Of a stretch of DNA of 64,000 nt, positions 19,084 to 29,880 are shown piece by piece. The translations under genes were made by a program, and so were the position numbers. A model generated the notes under the pieces. That model was not told the origin of the DNA, ran no database searches, and was given only the letters and a program-made list of their open reading frames with translations. Where the stretch lies: assembly GCA_028223895.1 (NCBI GenBank), contig JAOIVE010000004.1, positions 380 to 64,379 on the forward strand, given 5' to 3'. Within the stretch, counting starts at the first letter, position 1. Each line of letters opens with the position of its first letter. Origin of the DNA: Rickettsiales bacterium. GTDB lineage: Bacteria; Pseudomonadota; Alphaproteobacteria; Rickettsiales; UBA6187.

Positions 19084-19215
19084 AAAATAAAATTCTTGAA
19101 ATTATGTAACATTAGGGCTATAAGTCCTCTCCCTTTTTATAAGGTTGGCTTTAGTTGGCTATTGGCATGCCTTCAAGCCGTAAAAGTTTTTAAACAATAA
19201 TTTAGCGAGGGAAAA

Positions 19216-19416
19216 ATGCCAAAGCTCAAGACCAAGGGTAGCGTTAAGAAGCGCTTCAAACTTACAGGAACAGGCAAAATCATGCACAAGCCAGCAGGCA
19301 AGAAGCATGGTATGCGTAAACGTTCTAAAGCTTTCATTCGTAATCAACGTGCCATGACTACTCTATGTGATGCAGATGCAAACATAGTTAGACAGTTCAT
19401 TGGTAAAAAGAAATAA
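19216..19416 (+). CDS. rpmI: 50S ribosomal protein L35
   Basis: [22 protein letters not shown]..., 66 aa. Confidence 0.95.
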   Translation: MPKLKTKGSVKKRFKLTGTGKIMHKPAGKKHGMRKRSKAFIRNQRAMTTLCDADANIVRQFIGKKK

Positions 19417-19428
19417 GGGAGAAAGACT

Positions 19429-19803
19429 ATGACACGTGCTGTAAAAGGAACTGTTTCTAAGAAACGCCATAAAAAAGTACTCAAACTAGCCAAAGGCTAT
19501 AGAGGCCGTTCAAAAAATTGTTTTCGCGTTGCTATTCAACGTGTAGAGAAAGCTCTGCAATATGCTTATCGCGATCGTCGCAACAAAAAGCGTGATTTTC
19601 GTAAATTATGGATTCAGCGTATTAATGCGGCAGCAAGACTTAGCGGCTTAACTTACTCACAATTTATCAACGGCATTAAACTTGCTGGCATTGAAATTGA
19701 CCGCAAAGTTTTAGCTGAACTAGCGGTAAGTGAGCCAGATTCATTTGCGCAAATTGCTCAAAAAGCTGTTGCAGCTATTGAGGCCAATAAGAAGGCTGCG
19801 TAA
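19429..19803 (+). CDS. rplT: 50S ribosomal protein L20
   Basis: [33 protein letters not shown]..., 124 aa. Confidence 0.95.
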   Translation: MTRAVKGTVSKKRHKKVLKLAKGYRGRSKNCFRVAIQRVEKALQYAYRDRRNKKRDFRKLWIQRINAAARLSGLTYSQFINGIKLAGIEIDRKVLAELAVSEPDSFAQIAQKAVAAIEANKKAA

Positions 19804-19833
19804 TTCTTGCCAAAAAGGTTATATTTTTATAAA

Positions 19834-19870
19834 AAGGGCATGCGGCTTTATTGGTTGCCTGCCCTTTTTT
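19834..19870 (+). terminator. Rho-independent terminator after rplT
   Basis: GGGCA(19836-40)/TGCCC(19860-64) plus GGC/GCC pairing, followed by T6 and preceded by A5. Confidence 0.55.
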
Positions 19871-19970
19871 AATTTATGGCATTTTGCTTTTCATTTATGT
19901 TAGAAAATTGTATTTAAAAGGCACAAATGAGAATAAACAATACCACATTTATCAGTTACATAGGAATAAA

Positions 19971-21002
19971 ATGCTAGAACAAATTAACAAAGAAGGATGC
20001 GCCGAAATTAAACAGGCGGAGAATCTTGAGAATCTTGAAAAACTACGCGTTGAATATTTAGGAAAAAAGGGCAAAGTAACCTCTTTAATGAAGCAGCTGG
20101 GGCAGATGGAGGCTGATAAGCGCAAAGAGTTTGGCGCACAGGTTAATAAAGTAAAGCAAGAGCTTACAAATCTTATCGATGAAAAAAAGGCGAAGCTTGA
20201 AACTATAGCCTTAAATAAGCAGCTAGAGTCCCAGTGGCTTGATGTAACCTTGCCTGTAAGACCAGAAAATGAGGGTCGAATCCACCCAATATCTTATGTG
20301 ATTGATGAAATTATAGATATTTTTGCCAAAATGGGTTTCCAGAGTAAGGAAGGGCCAGAAATTGAAGATGACTTCCATAATTTTACTGCATTAAATATTC
20401 CTGAAAACCACCCTGCCCGTCAAATGCAGGATACTTTTTATTTTCCGGCTAATGACGACGATAAAATTCCGTCAGTTTTGCGTACTCACACCTCATCTGT
20501 GCAGATACGAACCATGGAAGGCGGCAAACCTCCATTTAAGTTTATCGCTCCTGGGCGCGTATATCGAAGCGATTACGATATGACTCACACGCCAATGTTT
20601 CATCAGGTTGAAGGCTTATATATTGATAAAGACATAAATTTTGGTCATTTGAAGGGCTGCTTATATCAGTTTTTAAAGACATTTTTTGAACTTGATGAAG
20701 TTCCTTTGCGTTTTCGTCCATCATTTTTTCCTTTTACTGAACCTTCAGCCGAGGTTGATATAGGATGCGCTAAAGGCAAGGACGAACTTAAAATCGGTGC
20801 TGGCGATGACTGGCTGGAGATTTTAGGCTGCGGGATGGTTCACCCTAATGTTTTAAAGAATGTTGGTATAGATCCGCAGGAATATCAAGGCTTTGCCTTT
20901 GGCGTTGGCGTTGAGCGCATGGCTATGCTTAAATATGGCGCGCCTGACTTAAGAGCATTTTTCGACTCTGACATTCGCTGGCTTAATCATTATGGGTTTT
21001 AG
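19971..21002 (+). CDS. pheS: Phenylalanine--tRNA ligase alpha subunit
   Basis: Class II aaRS motifs ([34 protein letters not shown]). Start set at Met41 of the ORF because the upstream extension covers the rplT terminator. Confidence 0.9.
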   Translation: MLEQINKEGCAEIKQAENLENLEKLRVEYLGKKGKVTSLMKQLGQMEADKRKEFGAQVNKVKQELTNLIDEKKAKLETIALNKQLESQWLDVTLPVRPENEGRIHPISYVIDEIIDIFAKMGFQSKEGPEIEDDFHNFTALNIPENHPARQMQDTFYFPANDDDKIPSVLRTHTSSVQIRTMEGGKPPFKFIAPGRVYRSDYDMTHTPMFHQVEGLYIDKDINFGHLKGCLYQFLKTFFELDEVPLRFRPSFFPFTEPSAEVDIGCAKGKDELKIGAGDDWLEILGCGMVHPNVLKNVGIDPQEYQGFAFGVGVERMAMLKYGAPDLRAFFDSDIRWLNHYGF

Positions 21003-21017
21003 GTAGATACTTTTTCT

Positions 21018-21130
21018 CCTTCTACCCTAAGGGGAGAAGGTTGGGATGAGGGGTTTTATTATTATATATATTTTAACTTTAGCAAAATTACCTATTACCC
21101 TTACCCTACCCCTCTACCAGAGGAAGAGGG
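21018..21130. repeat. REP-like GC-rich palindromic elements in the pheS-pheT spacer
   Basis: Hairpin CCTTCTACCC-TAA-GGGGAGAAGG followed by TTGGGATGAGGGG (21018-21053). Its reverse complement matches 55655-55687. A second hairpin CCTCT-ACC-AGAGG lies near 21112-21124. Confidence 0.7.
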
Positions 21131-21158
21131 TATAAAAAACAACGGAGACTATAAAAAA

Positions 21159-23540
21159 ATGAAAACTACATTATCATGGATAAAAAAATATTTAGATACA
21201 GATGCATCTATCGATCAAATATCTGAAAAATTAACTGCTATTGGCCTTGAAGTTGAAGAAGTAATAGATCGCTCTGAAGAATTATCCAGCTTTAAAATTG
21301 CTCAGATTATTGATGCAAAACCCCACCCTGATGCTGATAAATTATCTATATGTAAAGTTGATACTGGCACAGAGCAGTTACAAATAGTTTGCGGCGCGCC
21401 AAATGCACGCTCTGGGATCAATGTAGTTTTAGCCCCTGTTGGCAGTATAATTCCAACAAATGGCATGAAAATTAAAGCCTCAAAAATTCGCGGCGTTGAA
21501 AGTAATGGCATGCTTTGCTCTGCTGCTGAATTAGGCGTTGGCGAAGATGAAGGCGGTATAATAGAAATGCCTGCCTGCAACGATAATATTGCTCAGAATT
21601 TTGCCAACTATGCCGGGCTAAATGACCCTGTAATTGATATAGCCATAACTCCTAATCGCGGTGATTGCCTTGGTGCTTACGGAATTGCTCGCGATCTTGC
21701 TGCCTCTGGTATTGGAAAATTAAAAAAAATAGATGTCAAAAACATAGAAGGCAAATTCAAATCACCTATTAATATAAAATTAGAGGCTGAAGAGTCCTGC
21801 CCTTATTTTATTGGCCGCTATTTTAAAGATGTAAAAAACACAGAATCTCCAAAATGGCTTAAGCAAAAGCTTGAATCTGTCGGACTGCGACCAATTTCAG
21901 CCTTAGTTGATATAACTAACTATATAGCTTACGAATTTGGCCGCCCTTTGCATGTATATGATGCTGCAAAAATAAATGGCGATTTAACTGCAAGATTTGC
22001 CCAAAAAGGCGAAGAATTTACATCTTTGGATGAAAAAACATATAGGCTTGATGAAGATATTGCCGTAATAGCAGATGATAATGGCGCCCAAGCCATATCA
22101 GGTGTCATTGGCGGACTAAATAGCGGATGCGATGAAAATACTACAGATGTATTTTTAGAAGTTGCCTGGTTTGATCCAATAAAGGTTTCTACATCAGGAC
22201 GAAAATTTGATATTATAACTGATTCTCGCTATAGATTTGAACGCTATGTTGATCCTGATTTTATGTTAGATGCCGCTCAGATAGCCTCACAAATGATTAT
22301 TGATTTATGTAAAGGCAAGCCAAGTGAACTTGTTATTGCAGGAAAAAGCCCGGCAAAGGAACGTAAATTATCCTTTAACAGAGAAAAAATATCGCAATTA
22401 GGCGGCATAGAAATAGATCGCAAAGCAAGCGATAAAATCCTCAACGATCTTGGATTTGATACAAAAGAAGCAGATTTTGTAAAAATACCATCATGGCGTC
22501 CTGATATTGAAGGCGAAGCTGATCTGGTCGAAGAAATTGTAAGAATTTTTGGCTATGATAATGTGCCTACTATACCATTACCTCAATCTGAAAATATAGC
22601 AAAATCTCTGCTTACTCCTGAGCAAGAAAGAGTGTCAAACATCAGGAAAGAGCTGGCAAAGCGTGGCATGACTGAAGCTATAAGCTGGTCTTTCATGCAT
22701 GAAGATAAGGCAAAATTATTTGGATATAATAACTCTGCCTTGAAATTGCAGAACCCTATAAGTTCAGACTTAAACGTCATGCGTCCATCAATTTTACCTA
22801 ATTTAATTGATGCAATTGGTCGCAATAATGCTCGCGATTTTAAAAATATTTCTTTATTTGAAATTGGCCTGATATTTGAAGGCATAAAACCCAAAGAACA
22901 AAAGCAATTTATATCAGCCGTTCGCAGCGGTCAGGCAGTAGTGAAAAATGCCTATGATGCCGCACGCAATGTTGATATTTTTGATATTAAAGCCGATCTT
23001 TTAGCGGCATTAAAGATTGCTGGCATTCCTGTAGAAAACTTAAAAACAAATCGCAATGCACCCGGTTATTATCACCCAGGGCGCTCAGCATCTTTAAGTT
23101 TGGGTAAAAATATTCTTGGATATTTTGGAGAAATACATCCTGCAATTTTAAAGGAAATGGATGTAAAAGGCCCTATAGCTGGATTTGAAATTGATATAAG
23201 CGCATTTCCTCCGGTAAGAGCTAAGAAAACTACTTCTAAAAAGCGCCTTGAAATCTCTGACTATCAAGGCTCGGTGCGTGATTTTGCATTTATTATGGAT
23301 GAAAAATATCCGGTTGGTGACTTACTACAATCAGTTAAAAACACTGATAAAAATCTTATAGAATCAGTTTCACTATTTGATATATATCAGGGCAAGGGAG
23401 TTGATGAAGGCAAAAAATCTGTAGCAATATCTGTAAATATACAACCTCAGGATAAAACATTAAGCGACAAAGAACTTGAGGAATTAAGCAACAAGATAAT
23501 CACGCTGGTTGAAAAGGCTGGCGGGGTTTTAAGAGGATAA
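21159..23540 (+). CDS. pheT: Phenylalanine--tRNA ligase beta subunit
   Basis: 793 aa with an N-terminal tRNA-binding domain (KPHPDADKLSICKVDTG), B3/4 and B5 regions, and a C-terminal FDX-ACB domain. Confidence 0.95.
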   Translation: MKTTLSWIKKYLDTDASIDQISEKLTAIGLEVEEVIDRSEELSSFKIAQIIDAKPHPDADKLSICKVDTGTEQLQIVCGAPNARSGINVVLAPVGSIIPTNGMKIKASKIRGVESNGMLCSAAELGVGEDEGGIIEMPACNDNIAQNFANYAGLNDPVIDIAITPNRGDCLGAYGIARDLAASGIGKLKKIDVKNIEGKFKSPINIKLEAEESCPYFIGRYFKDVKNTESPKWLKQKLESVGLRPISALVDITNYIAYEFGRPLHVYDAAKINGDLTARFAQKGEEFTSLDEKTYRLDEDIAVIADDNGAQAISGVIGGLNSGCDENTTDVFLEVAWFDPIKVSTSGRKFDIITDSRYRFERYVDPDFMLDAAQIASQMIIDLCKGKPSELVIAGKSPAKERKLSFNREKISQLGGIEIDRKASDKILNDLGFDTKEADFVKIPSWRPDIEGEADLVEEIVRIFGYDNVPTIPLPQSENIAKSLLTPEQERVSNIRKELAKRGMTEAISWSFMHEDKAKLFGYNNSALKLQNPISSDLNVMRPSILPNLIDAIGRNNARDFKNISLFEIGLIFEGIKPKEQKQFISAVRSGQAVVKNAYDAARNVDIFDIKADLLAALKIAGIPVENLKTNRNAPGYYHPGRSASLSLGKNILGYFGEIHPAILKEMDVKGPIAGFEIDISAFPPVRAKKTTSKKRLEISDYQGSVRDFAFIMDEKYPVGDLLQSVKNTDKNLIESVSLFDIYQGKGVDEGKKSVAISVNIQPQDKTLSDKELEELSNKIITLVEKAGGVLRG

Positions 23541-23546
23541 AACTAA

Positions 23547-25349
23547 ATGAAAAAAATATCTAATATCCGTAATTTTGCTATTATCGCTCATATCGATCAT
23601 GGAAAATCTACTCTTGCCGATCGTCTGATACAGGATTGTGGAGGGCTTGAAGAGCGCGAAATGAGCTCTCAGGTGCTTGATAATATGGATATTGAGCAGG
23701 AGCGCGGCATCACAATCAAGGCTCAAACTGTACGCCTTGACTATACGGCAAAAGATGGAAATACATATATCATCAACCTTATGGATACGCCCGGACATGT
23801 GGATTTTTCCTATGAAGTAAGCCGCTCTCTTGCAGCTTGTGAGGGATCTTTGCTGGTAGTTGATTCATCGCAAGGAGTTGAAGCGCAAACCCTTGCAAAT
23901 GTTTATCAGGCAATTGAAAATAATCATGAAATAATTCCTATATTAAATAAAATTGACCTGCCTTCTGCAGATCCTGAGCGGGTAAAGCAGCAAATTGAGG
24001 ATGTTATTGGCCTTGATACTTCAGGTGCAATTGAAGTATCTGCAAAAACCGGGCAAGGAATTGCCCAAACTCTGGAGGCTTTGGTTACGGTACTTCCTCC
24101 ACCGGAAGGAGATGTTGATGCTCCGCTAAAAGCTTTGCTTGTCGATAGCTGGTACGATCCATATTTGGGAGTTGTTATACTTATAAGAGTAATAGATGGG
24201 GTTATTAAAAAAGGCCAGAAAATACGCATGGTACAAGCAAAAGCAACTTATAATGTTGATAATGTTGGATATTTTACTCCTAAAAAAGTTATGTGTGGCC
24301 AGTTAAAGGCTGGTGAAATGGGTTTTTTTACCGCCTCAATAAAACAGGTGGCAGATTGCAAGGTTGGAGATACAGTAACAGATGAAAAAAATCCATGCGC
24401 TAAAAATTTACCCGGATTTAAACCTAATTTACCTGTAGTTTTCTGCGGATTATTCCCTATTGATTCATCAGAATATGACCATTTACGCGATTCTTTAGGA
24501 AAGTTACGCTTAAATGATGCAAGTTTTGAGTATGAGGCTGAAACCTCAACTGCCCTTGGTCTTGGATTTCGTTGTGGATTTTTAGGATTACTACATCTTG
24601 AAATAATACAGGAACGCCTTGAGCGCGAATTTAACCTTGACCTTATAACTACTGCGCCAAGTGTTGTGTATCGCCTGCATATGAAAAAAGGTGAAATTAT
24701 AGAATTACATAATCCGGCAGATTATCCTGATCCGGTTAAAATTGATAAAATAGAAGAGCCATGGATTTTAGCGACAATAATGGTGCCTGATGATTATTTA
24801 GGCAATGTTTTAACGCTATGTACAGAAAAACGCGGAGTGCAAAAAGACCTGACCTATGTTGGTAATCGTGCTATGGTAGTTTATCGCCTGCCTTTAAACG
24901 AGATAGTTTTTGATTTTTATGATCGCTTAAAATCATGCACAAAAGGTTATGCCAGCTTTGAGTGGGAAATTGATGGCTATGAAGAGGGCGATCTTGTAAA
25001 AGTAGCTATTTTAGTAAACGGTGAACCAGTTGACGCTCTGGCATTGATGGTGCACCGCGCACGCGCAGAAAGCCGTGGACGCGAATTATGCAAACGCCTC
25101 AAGGATTTAATACCACGTCAATTATTCAAAATAGCTATTCAGGCGGCAATTGGCGGCAATGTAATAGCTCGTGAAACAGTTAGTGCGATGCGTAAGGACG
25201 TTACTGCAAAATGCTATGGTGGTGATATTAGCCGTAAGCGTAAATTGCTTGATAAGCAGAAAAAGGGTAAGAAAAAAATGCGTACTGTTGGTAATGTAGA
25301 AATTCCACAAAGTGCATTTATTGCTGCTTTAAAAGTGGGTGACGATTAA
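23547..25349 (+). CDS. lepA: Elongation factor 4 (LepA)
   Basis: [27 protein letters not shown] and NKIDL GTPase motifs, plus the LepA C-terminal domain. Confidence 0.95.
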   Translation: MKKISNIRNFAIIAHIDHGKSTLADRLIQDCGGLEEREMSSQVLDNMDIEQERGITIKAQTVRLDYTAKDGNTYIINLMDTPGHVDFSYEVSRSLAACEGSLLVVDSSQGVEAQTLANVYQAIENNHEIIPILNKIDLPSADPERVKQQIEDVIGLDTSGAIEVSAKTGQGIAQTLEALVTVLPPPEGDVDAPLKALLVDSWYDPYLGVVILIRVIDGVIKKGQKIRMVQAKATYNVDNVGYFTPKKVMCGQLKAGEMGFFTASIKQVADCKVGDTVTDEKNPCAKNLPGFKPNLPVVFCGLFPIDSSEYDHLRDSLGKLRLNDASFEYEAETSTALGLGFRCGFLGLLHLEIIQERLEREFNLDLITTAPSVVYRLHMKKGEIIELHNPADYPDPVKIDKIEEPWILATIMVPDDYLGNVLTLCTEKRGVQKDLTYVGNRAMVVYRLPLNEIVFDFYDRLKSCTKGYASFEWEIDGYEEGDLVKVAILVNGEPVDALALMVHRARAESRGRELCKRLKDLIPRQLFKIAIQAAIGGNVIARETVSAMRKDVTAKCYGGDISRKRKLLDKQKKGKKKMRTVGNVEIPQSAFIAALKVGDD

Positions 25350-25389
25350 AAACATGGCGCTTAATCTGTTTAGAAAATAGAGCTTATAT

Positions 25390-28290
25390 ATGAATATATA
25401 TAACATAAATTCTGACATCCCTTTTTTAAAATCTCTGGTACAGGGAATATTGGCGCGCTATGGCGACAACCTACTGGATCTATCCAGCATAAAAATATTA
25501 CTTCCTAACAGACGTTCATGCAGGGCTTTGCGCGATAGATTCTTAGTTGAAACCAACGGTAAGCCGCTTTTATTGCCATCAATGCACCCAATTGGCGACC
25601 TTGGTGAAGATGAGTTTTTAACCAATATCAGCCTTGGTAAAGAAATTGCTGATATGCCACCAATTATGCCAGTAACTCAAAGAAGGCTAATTCTTGCGCG
25701 CCTGATAAAAGAATGGCATGGCAATGAACATATAAATACAATCCAGGCGACAAATCTTGCAGTAGAATTATCATTATTGCTCGATGAAATTCAAATTGAG
25801 CAGCTCCCTCTTGAGGGCCTTGTAAATATAGTACCTGATGATTTAGCAAATCACTGGCAAATAACTTTGGAATTTCTAAAAATATTAATTGATAAATGGC
25901 CGGAAGTTCTGCAAAAAGAACAAAAAAACGACCCCATAACTCATCGTAATAACATATTATCAATGCAGGCTAAATACTGGCAGGAATCTCCGCCTGACTA
26001 TCCGGTTATTATTGCAGGATCAACCGGATCAACTCCAGCAACAAGGCAGTTAATAAAAGCAGTTGCATCAATGAAGCAAGGCTCTGTTATATTGCCGGGA
26101 ATAGATGAAAATATTGATGAAAAAAGCTGGGAATACATAACCCCAACTCACCCGCAATATATACTAAAACAACTATTGGGCCATCTGAAAATAGAGCGCA
26201 AAAATATCAGACCATGGCATGATAAAACCTGCAGAACTTCAAATCGTGAAGAATTATTTTCCGAAATTATGCGTCCGGCAGAAACCTCTGATGACTGGCA
26301 ATATATAGAAAATATTCCTGAATATAAATCTGCAATGCAAAATATTGAGTTAATCGAAGCTGCATCTTCTCAGGAAGAGGCAGCAATAATCGCACTGAAT
26401 CTAAGATATGCTTTACAGGAAAAGGGTAAAACCGCATCGCTTGTCACTCCTGACCGCGCTTTAGCAAGAAGGGTTATAAGCATAATGAAACGCTGGAATG
26501 TAAATCTTGATGATTCAGCCGGAACTCCTTTATCGCAAACTCCTCCTGCAATATTTATGCTTTTAGTTGCCCAAATGATAGAGAGTCGTTTTTCACCCGT
26601 TTCCCTTCTTAATTGTCTGAAGCATCCACTTGCCGCAGCCGGAGAAAGCCCTGTTTCATGCCGTAAAAAAATTCGCAATCTTGAAAAAGCACATTTAAGA
26701 GGCATGCGCAATGAGTCAGGACTAGAATATCTGATAAATAAATCTGATAAGAAAATATCTTTATGGTTAAAAAATTTATTGAATATAACAAAGCCATTTA
26801 CAGAGCTTCTAAAGCAAAAGCAGGTTTCTTTAAGGGAGTTAGTCAAAATTCATATAGAAGTTGCTGAGAACCTTGCTAAAACTGATTTAAACACAGGTTC
26901 AGAACGTTTATGGAGTAAAGATGAGGGAATTGAGTTAAAAGCCTTTTTTGACCAGCTATACGAATCATCAGCAAGCTTTGGGCATATTGACCCATCAGAA
27001 TATGGCGGAGTTTTGTCAGCATTGATGGCAGGAAGCATTTTTAGGCCAAAATATGGTTCTCATCCCAGAATATCCATATTAAGTCCTCTTGAGGCGCGTT
27101 TACAGAATTTTGACCTGATAATTTTAGGTGGCCTAAATGAACAAATATGGCCGCAAAGCATATCTGCTGATCCATGGATGAATCAATCAATGCGCAGCGA
27201 ATATGGATTAAAATTAAACGATCAGCGTATTGGGCAGTCCGCTCATGACTTTGTACAAATGTTTAATACAAAAAATGTTATCCTTACCCGATGCCTGAAA
27301 TCACAAGGCAGTCAAACCATACCAAGTCGCTGGCTGCAAAGAATTCAGATAATATTAAAATCAATAAATTCGCAGCAGGCATTAAACTCTAAACATCCAT
27401 GGAATATATGGGCAAAATCATTTATTGAACCCGAATATATAAAAAATATATCACCCCCCTGCCCCAAACCCGAATTAAAATACAGGCCAAAAAAATTATC
27501 TGTAACTCAAATTGAGAAGCTCATACGCGATCCATATTCTGTATATGCCAATAAAATTCTTAAATTAAAGCCTTTGGACTTACTTGATCAGGATCCCGGC
27601 CCTGCTGAATTTGGTAATTTTATCCATAATGCATTAGAAAATTTTGTTAAAAAATATGATGATATCGCAGATAATCAGTATGAATCATTCCTACTGCAAT
27701 GCGGACAGCAGGCTTTTGAAGATGATAATCTCAATATTGCCTTAAAATCAATATGGTGGCCACGTTTTGAAAATATAACCAAATGGTTTGTAGAAAATGA
27801 GAAATCCCGCCGGAGCGAGATAAATTTCAGGATATTAGCTGAAGAATGGGGCGAATATAAGTTTGAAACCACATATGGTAATTTTACTCTTGTAGCTAAA
27901 GCCGATCGCATAGAAAGTACGAAAGATGGTATCTCTATTATTGATTATAAAACCGGCACTGTTCCAAAAGAAAAAGACGTAAAACTTGGCCTCTCACCGC
28001 AAATAATATTAGAAGGACTCATTGTTCAGGCCGGTGGATTTGCATTAAAAGGAATTATAAAAGAAGCCGGTTTCTGGAAATTATCCGGCGCCGGAAAGAC
28101 TCCGGTTGATATAAGCAAATATGATGGTGAGAAATTACAATTAATTATTGAAAATGCACAAACCGGGCTGAAAAATCTTATTGAATATTTCAATAACGAA
28201 AATACTCCTTATTATTCATGCCCTTCATCTGAAATAGCCCCACGCTATAATGATTATGCCCATTTAGCCAGAATTAAAGAATGGGAGTAA
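25390..28290 (+). CDS. addB: Double-strand break repair protein AddB (alphaproteobacterial type)
   Basis: 966 aa with N-terminal ILLPNRRSCRALRDRF and a C-terminal PD-(D/E)XK nuclease motif VAKADRIES...ISIIDYKTG. Confidence 0.8.
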   Translation: MNIYNINSDIPFLKSLVQGILARYGDNLLDLSSIKILLPNRRSCRALRDRFLVETNGKPLLLPSMHPIGDLGEDEFLTNISLGKEIADMPPIMPVTQRRLILARLIKEWHGNEHINTIQATNLAVELSLLLDEIQIEQLPLEGLVNIVPDDLANHWQITLEFLKILIDKWPEVLQKEQKNDPITHRNNILSMQAKYWQESPPDYPVIIAGSTGSTPATRQLIKAVASMKQGSVILPGIDENIDEKSWEYITPTHPQYILKQLLGHLKIERKNIRPWHDKTCRTSNREELFSEIMRPAETSDDWQYIENIPEYKSAMQNIELIEAASSQEEAAIIALNLRYALQEKGKTASLVTPDRALARRVISIMKRWNVNLDDSAGTPLSQTPPAIFMLLVAQMIESRFSPVSLLNCLKHPLAAAGESPVSCRKKIRNLEKAHLRGMRNESGLEYLINKSDKKISLWLKNLLNITKPFTELLKQKQVSLRELVKIHIEVAENLAKTDLNTGSERLWSKDEGIELKAFFDQLYESSASFGHIDPSEYGGVLSALMAGSIFRPKYGSHPRISILSPLEARLQNFDLIILGGLNEQIWPQSISADPWMNQSMRSEYGLKLNDQRIGQSAHDFVQMFNTKNVILTRCLKSQGSQTIPSRWLQRIQIILKSINSQQALNSKHPWNIWAKSFIEPEYIKNISPPCPKPELKYRPKKLSVTQIEKLIRDPYSVYANKILKLKPLDLLDQDPGPAEFGNFIHNALENFVKKYDDIADNQYESFLLQCGQQAFEDDNLNIALKSIWWPRFENITKWFVENEKSRRSEINFRILAEEWGEYKFETTYGNFTLVAKADRIESTKDGISIIDYKTGTVPKEKDVKLGLSPQIILEGLIVQAGGFALKGIIKEAGFWKLSGAGKTPVDISKYDGEKLQLIIENAQTGLKNLIEYFNNENTPYYSCPSSEIAPRYNDYAHLARIKEWE

Positions 28291-29368
28291 TATCGTAAAA
28301 TTCGGCTATATCATCGCCAATTTTTATAGATTTTGTGATTTTTAGATTTATAGAATTTTCTAACAAATCTATATCAATATCACCAATAGCAGCCTTTGCA
28401 TCATTGCCTAATATTTTTGGCGCCTTTATCCATATTAACCTGTCAACCAAGCCATTTTTTATAAATGACGTAGCCAGCTTACTTCCACCTTCAACCAATA
28501 ATCGGGTTATACCTTTTTCAGCCAATATGCCCAATATATATTGCAAATCTAAGCCATCTTCTTTTTTGGGTGCAGCTATGGATTCAATAAACCGGGGTTT
28601 AACAGGCAACATATTTTCGGAAAAAACCCAAACAGGATTTTCTTTTGTAGCAGTTTTTAGCAAATTACTATCGGCAGAAATTTGACCATTACTATCTATT
28701 ACAACTCTGACCGGGCTTTGCTCTTTAAGCCCATCTATACGACAATCAAGGGTGGGATTATCCGCTAAGACCGTACCTATGCCAACCATTATTGCATCAC
28801 TCTGCGCTCTTAAAATATGTGAAAATTTACGCGCATCTTCAGATGTAATCCATTTACTCTGGCCTTTAGAAGTTGCAATTTTTCCATCTAAACTTGTGGC
28901 AATTTTTAAAGTTATAAGAGGCCTGTTTGATGTTTTATTAAGAAAGAAACCAGCATTTAACCTCTTTGCCTCTTCTTCACAAACACCGGTAATTACCTCT
29001 ATACCCTTATTTTTGAGCCTTTCTATGCCTTGCCCATTTACATCCGGGTTAGGATCAACACATGCAATAACAACTTTTTTAACACCTGATTTTATTACTG
29101 CATCACAACATGGTGATGTTTTCCCTATATGCGAACATGGCTCCAAAGTTACATATAAAACAGCGCCTTTTGCCATATCACCTGCCTGATTTAATGCTAT
29201 CTTCTCAGCATGTGGTCGTCCGCCTTTGGCAGTCACTGCGGCTGCAACAACCTGACCATCTCTTACAATCACGCAGCCAACTGAAGGATTTGGAGCAGTT
29301 ACTCCCAAATTACGACGCGCATAAGAAAGCGCCATTTTCATAAAGCGTATGTCAGATGTTTTATGCAT
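28274..29368 (-). CDS. ribD: Bifunctional riboflavin biosynthesis protein RibD (deaminase/reductase)
   Basis: Deaminase zinc motif HAEKIAL...TLEPCSHIGKTSPC and a C-terminal reductase domain. Its 3' end overlaps the addB 3' end by 17 nt, in convergent orientation. Confidence 0.9.
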   Translation of the reverse strand: MHKTSDIRFMKMALSYARRNLGVTAPNPSVGCVIVRDGQVVAAAVTAKGGRPHAEKIALNQAGDMAKGAVLYVTLEPCSHIGKTSPCCDAVIKSGVKKVVIACVDPNPDVNGQGIERLKNKGIEVITGVCEEEAKRLNAGFFLNKTSNRPLITLKIATSLDGKIATSKGQSKWITSEDARKFSHILRAQSDAIMVGIGTVLADNPTLDCRIDGLKEQSPVRVVIDSNGQISADSNLLKTATKENPVWVFSENMLPVKPRFIESIAAPKKEDGLDLQYILGILAEKGITRLLVEGGSKLATSFIKNGLVDRLIWIKAPKILGNDAKAAIGDIDIDLLENSINLKITKSIKIGDDIAEFYDITPIL

Positions 29369-29401
29369 AAAAATATATAATTTATGTTAAAAGCTAACAC
29401 T

Positions 29402-29860
29402 TTAAGAGGTTTGAATATTGATATTATCAATAAAATCTTCAAAATCCTGAGCTTCACGAAATTCTCTATATACCGAAGCAAATCTCACATAAGCAACAGG
29501 GTCTAAACCAGCAAGAACCTCCATAACCGCCTCACCTATTAAATCGGAAGTTATATCAGTCTCACCCAGACTCTCCAGCTTGCGTACTATAGAATTTACA
29601 CTCTGCTCAACCTGATCAGTAGTAACTGGCCGCTTGCGTACAGCAATATTTAAAGATCTTACAAGCTTTTCCCTATCAAATGGCTTGCGCTTTCCATCCT
29701 TCTTAACAACAGTAAGTTCACGCAACTGTATACGCTCAAATGTTGTAAATCTTGAATCACACTCAGGACAAAAACGTCTTCTGCGTATGGCTGCGCCCTC
29801 TTCTGAAGGTCTTGAATCCTTTACTTGCGTATCGCTATATCCACAAAACGGGCAATGCAT
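29402..29860 (-). CDS. nrdR: Transcriptional repressor NrdR
   Basis: [42 protein letters not shown] zinc ribbon plus an ATP-cone. Confidence 0.95.
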   Translation of the reverse strand: MHCPFCGYSDTQVKDSRPSEEGAAIRRRRFCPECDSRFTTFERIQLRELTVVKKDGKRKPFDREKLVRSLNIAVRKRPVTTDQVEQSVNSIVRKLESLGETDITSDLIGEAVMEVLAGLDPVAYVRFASVYREFREAQDFEDFIDNINIQTS

Positions 29861-29880
29861 AACGGCCTCTTACTTAACAG

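Noticed and set aside
19851-19970. The ORF track gives pheS a 40-codon N-terminal extension.
   Set aside because: The extension is hydrophobic junk that overlaps the rplT terminator hairpin. The conserved PheS sequence begins at the Met at 19971.
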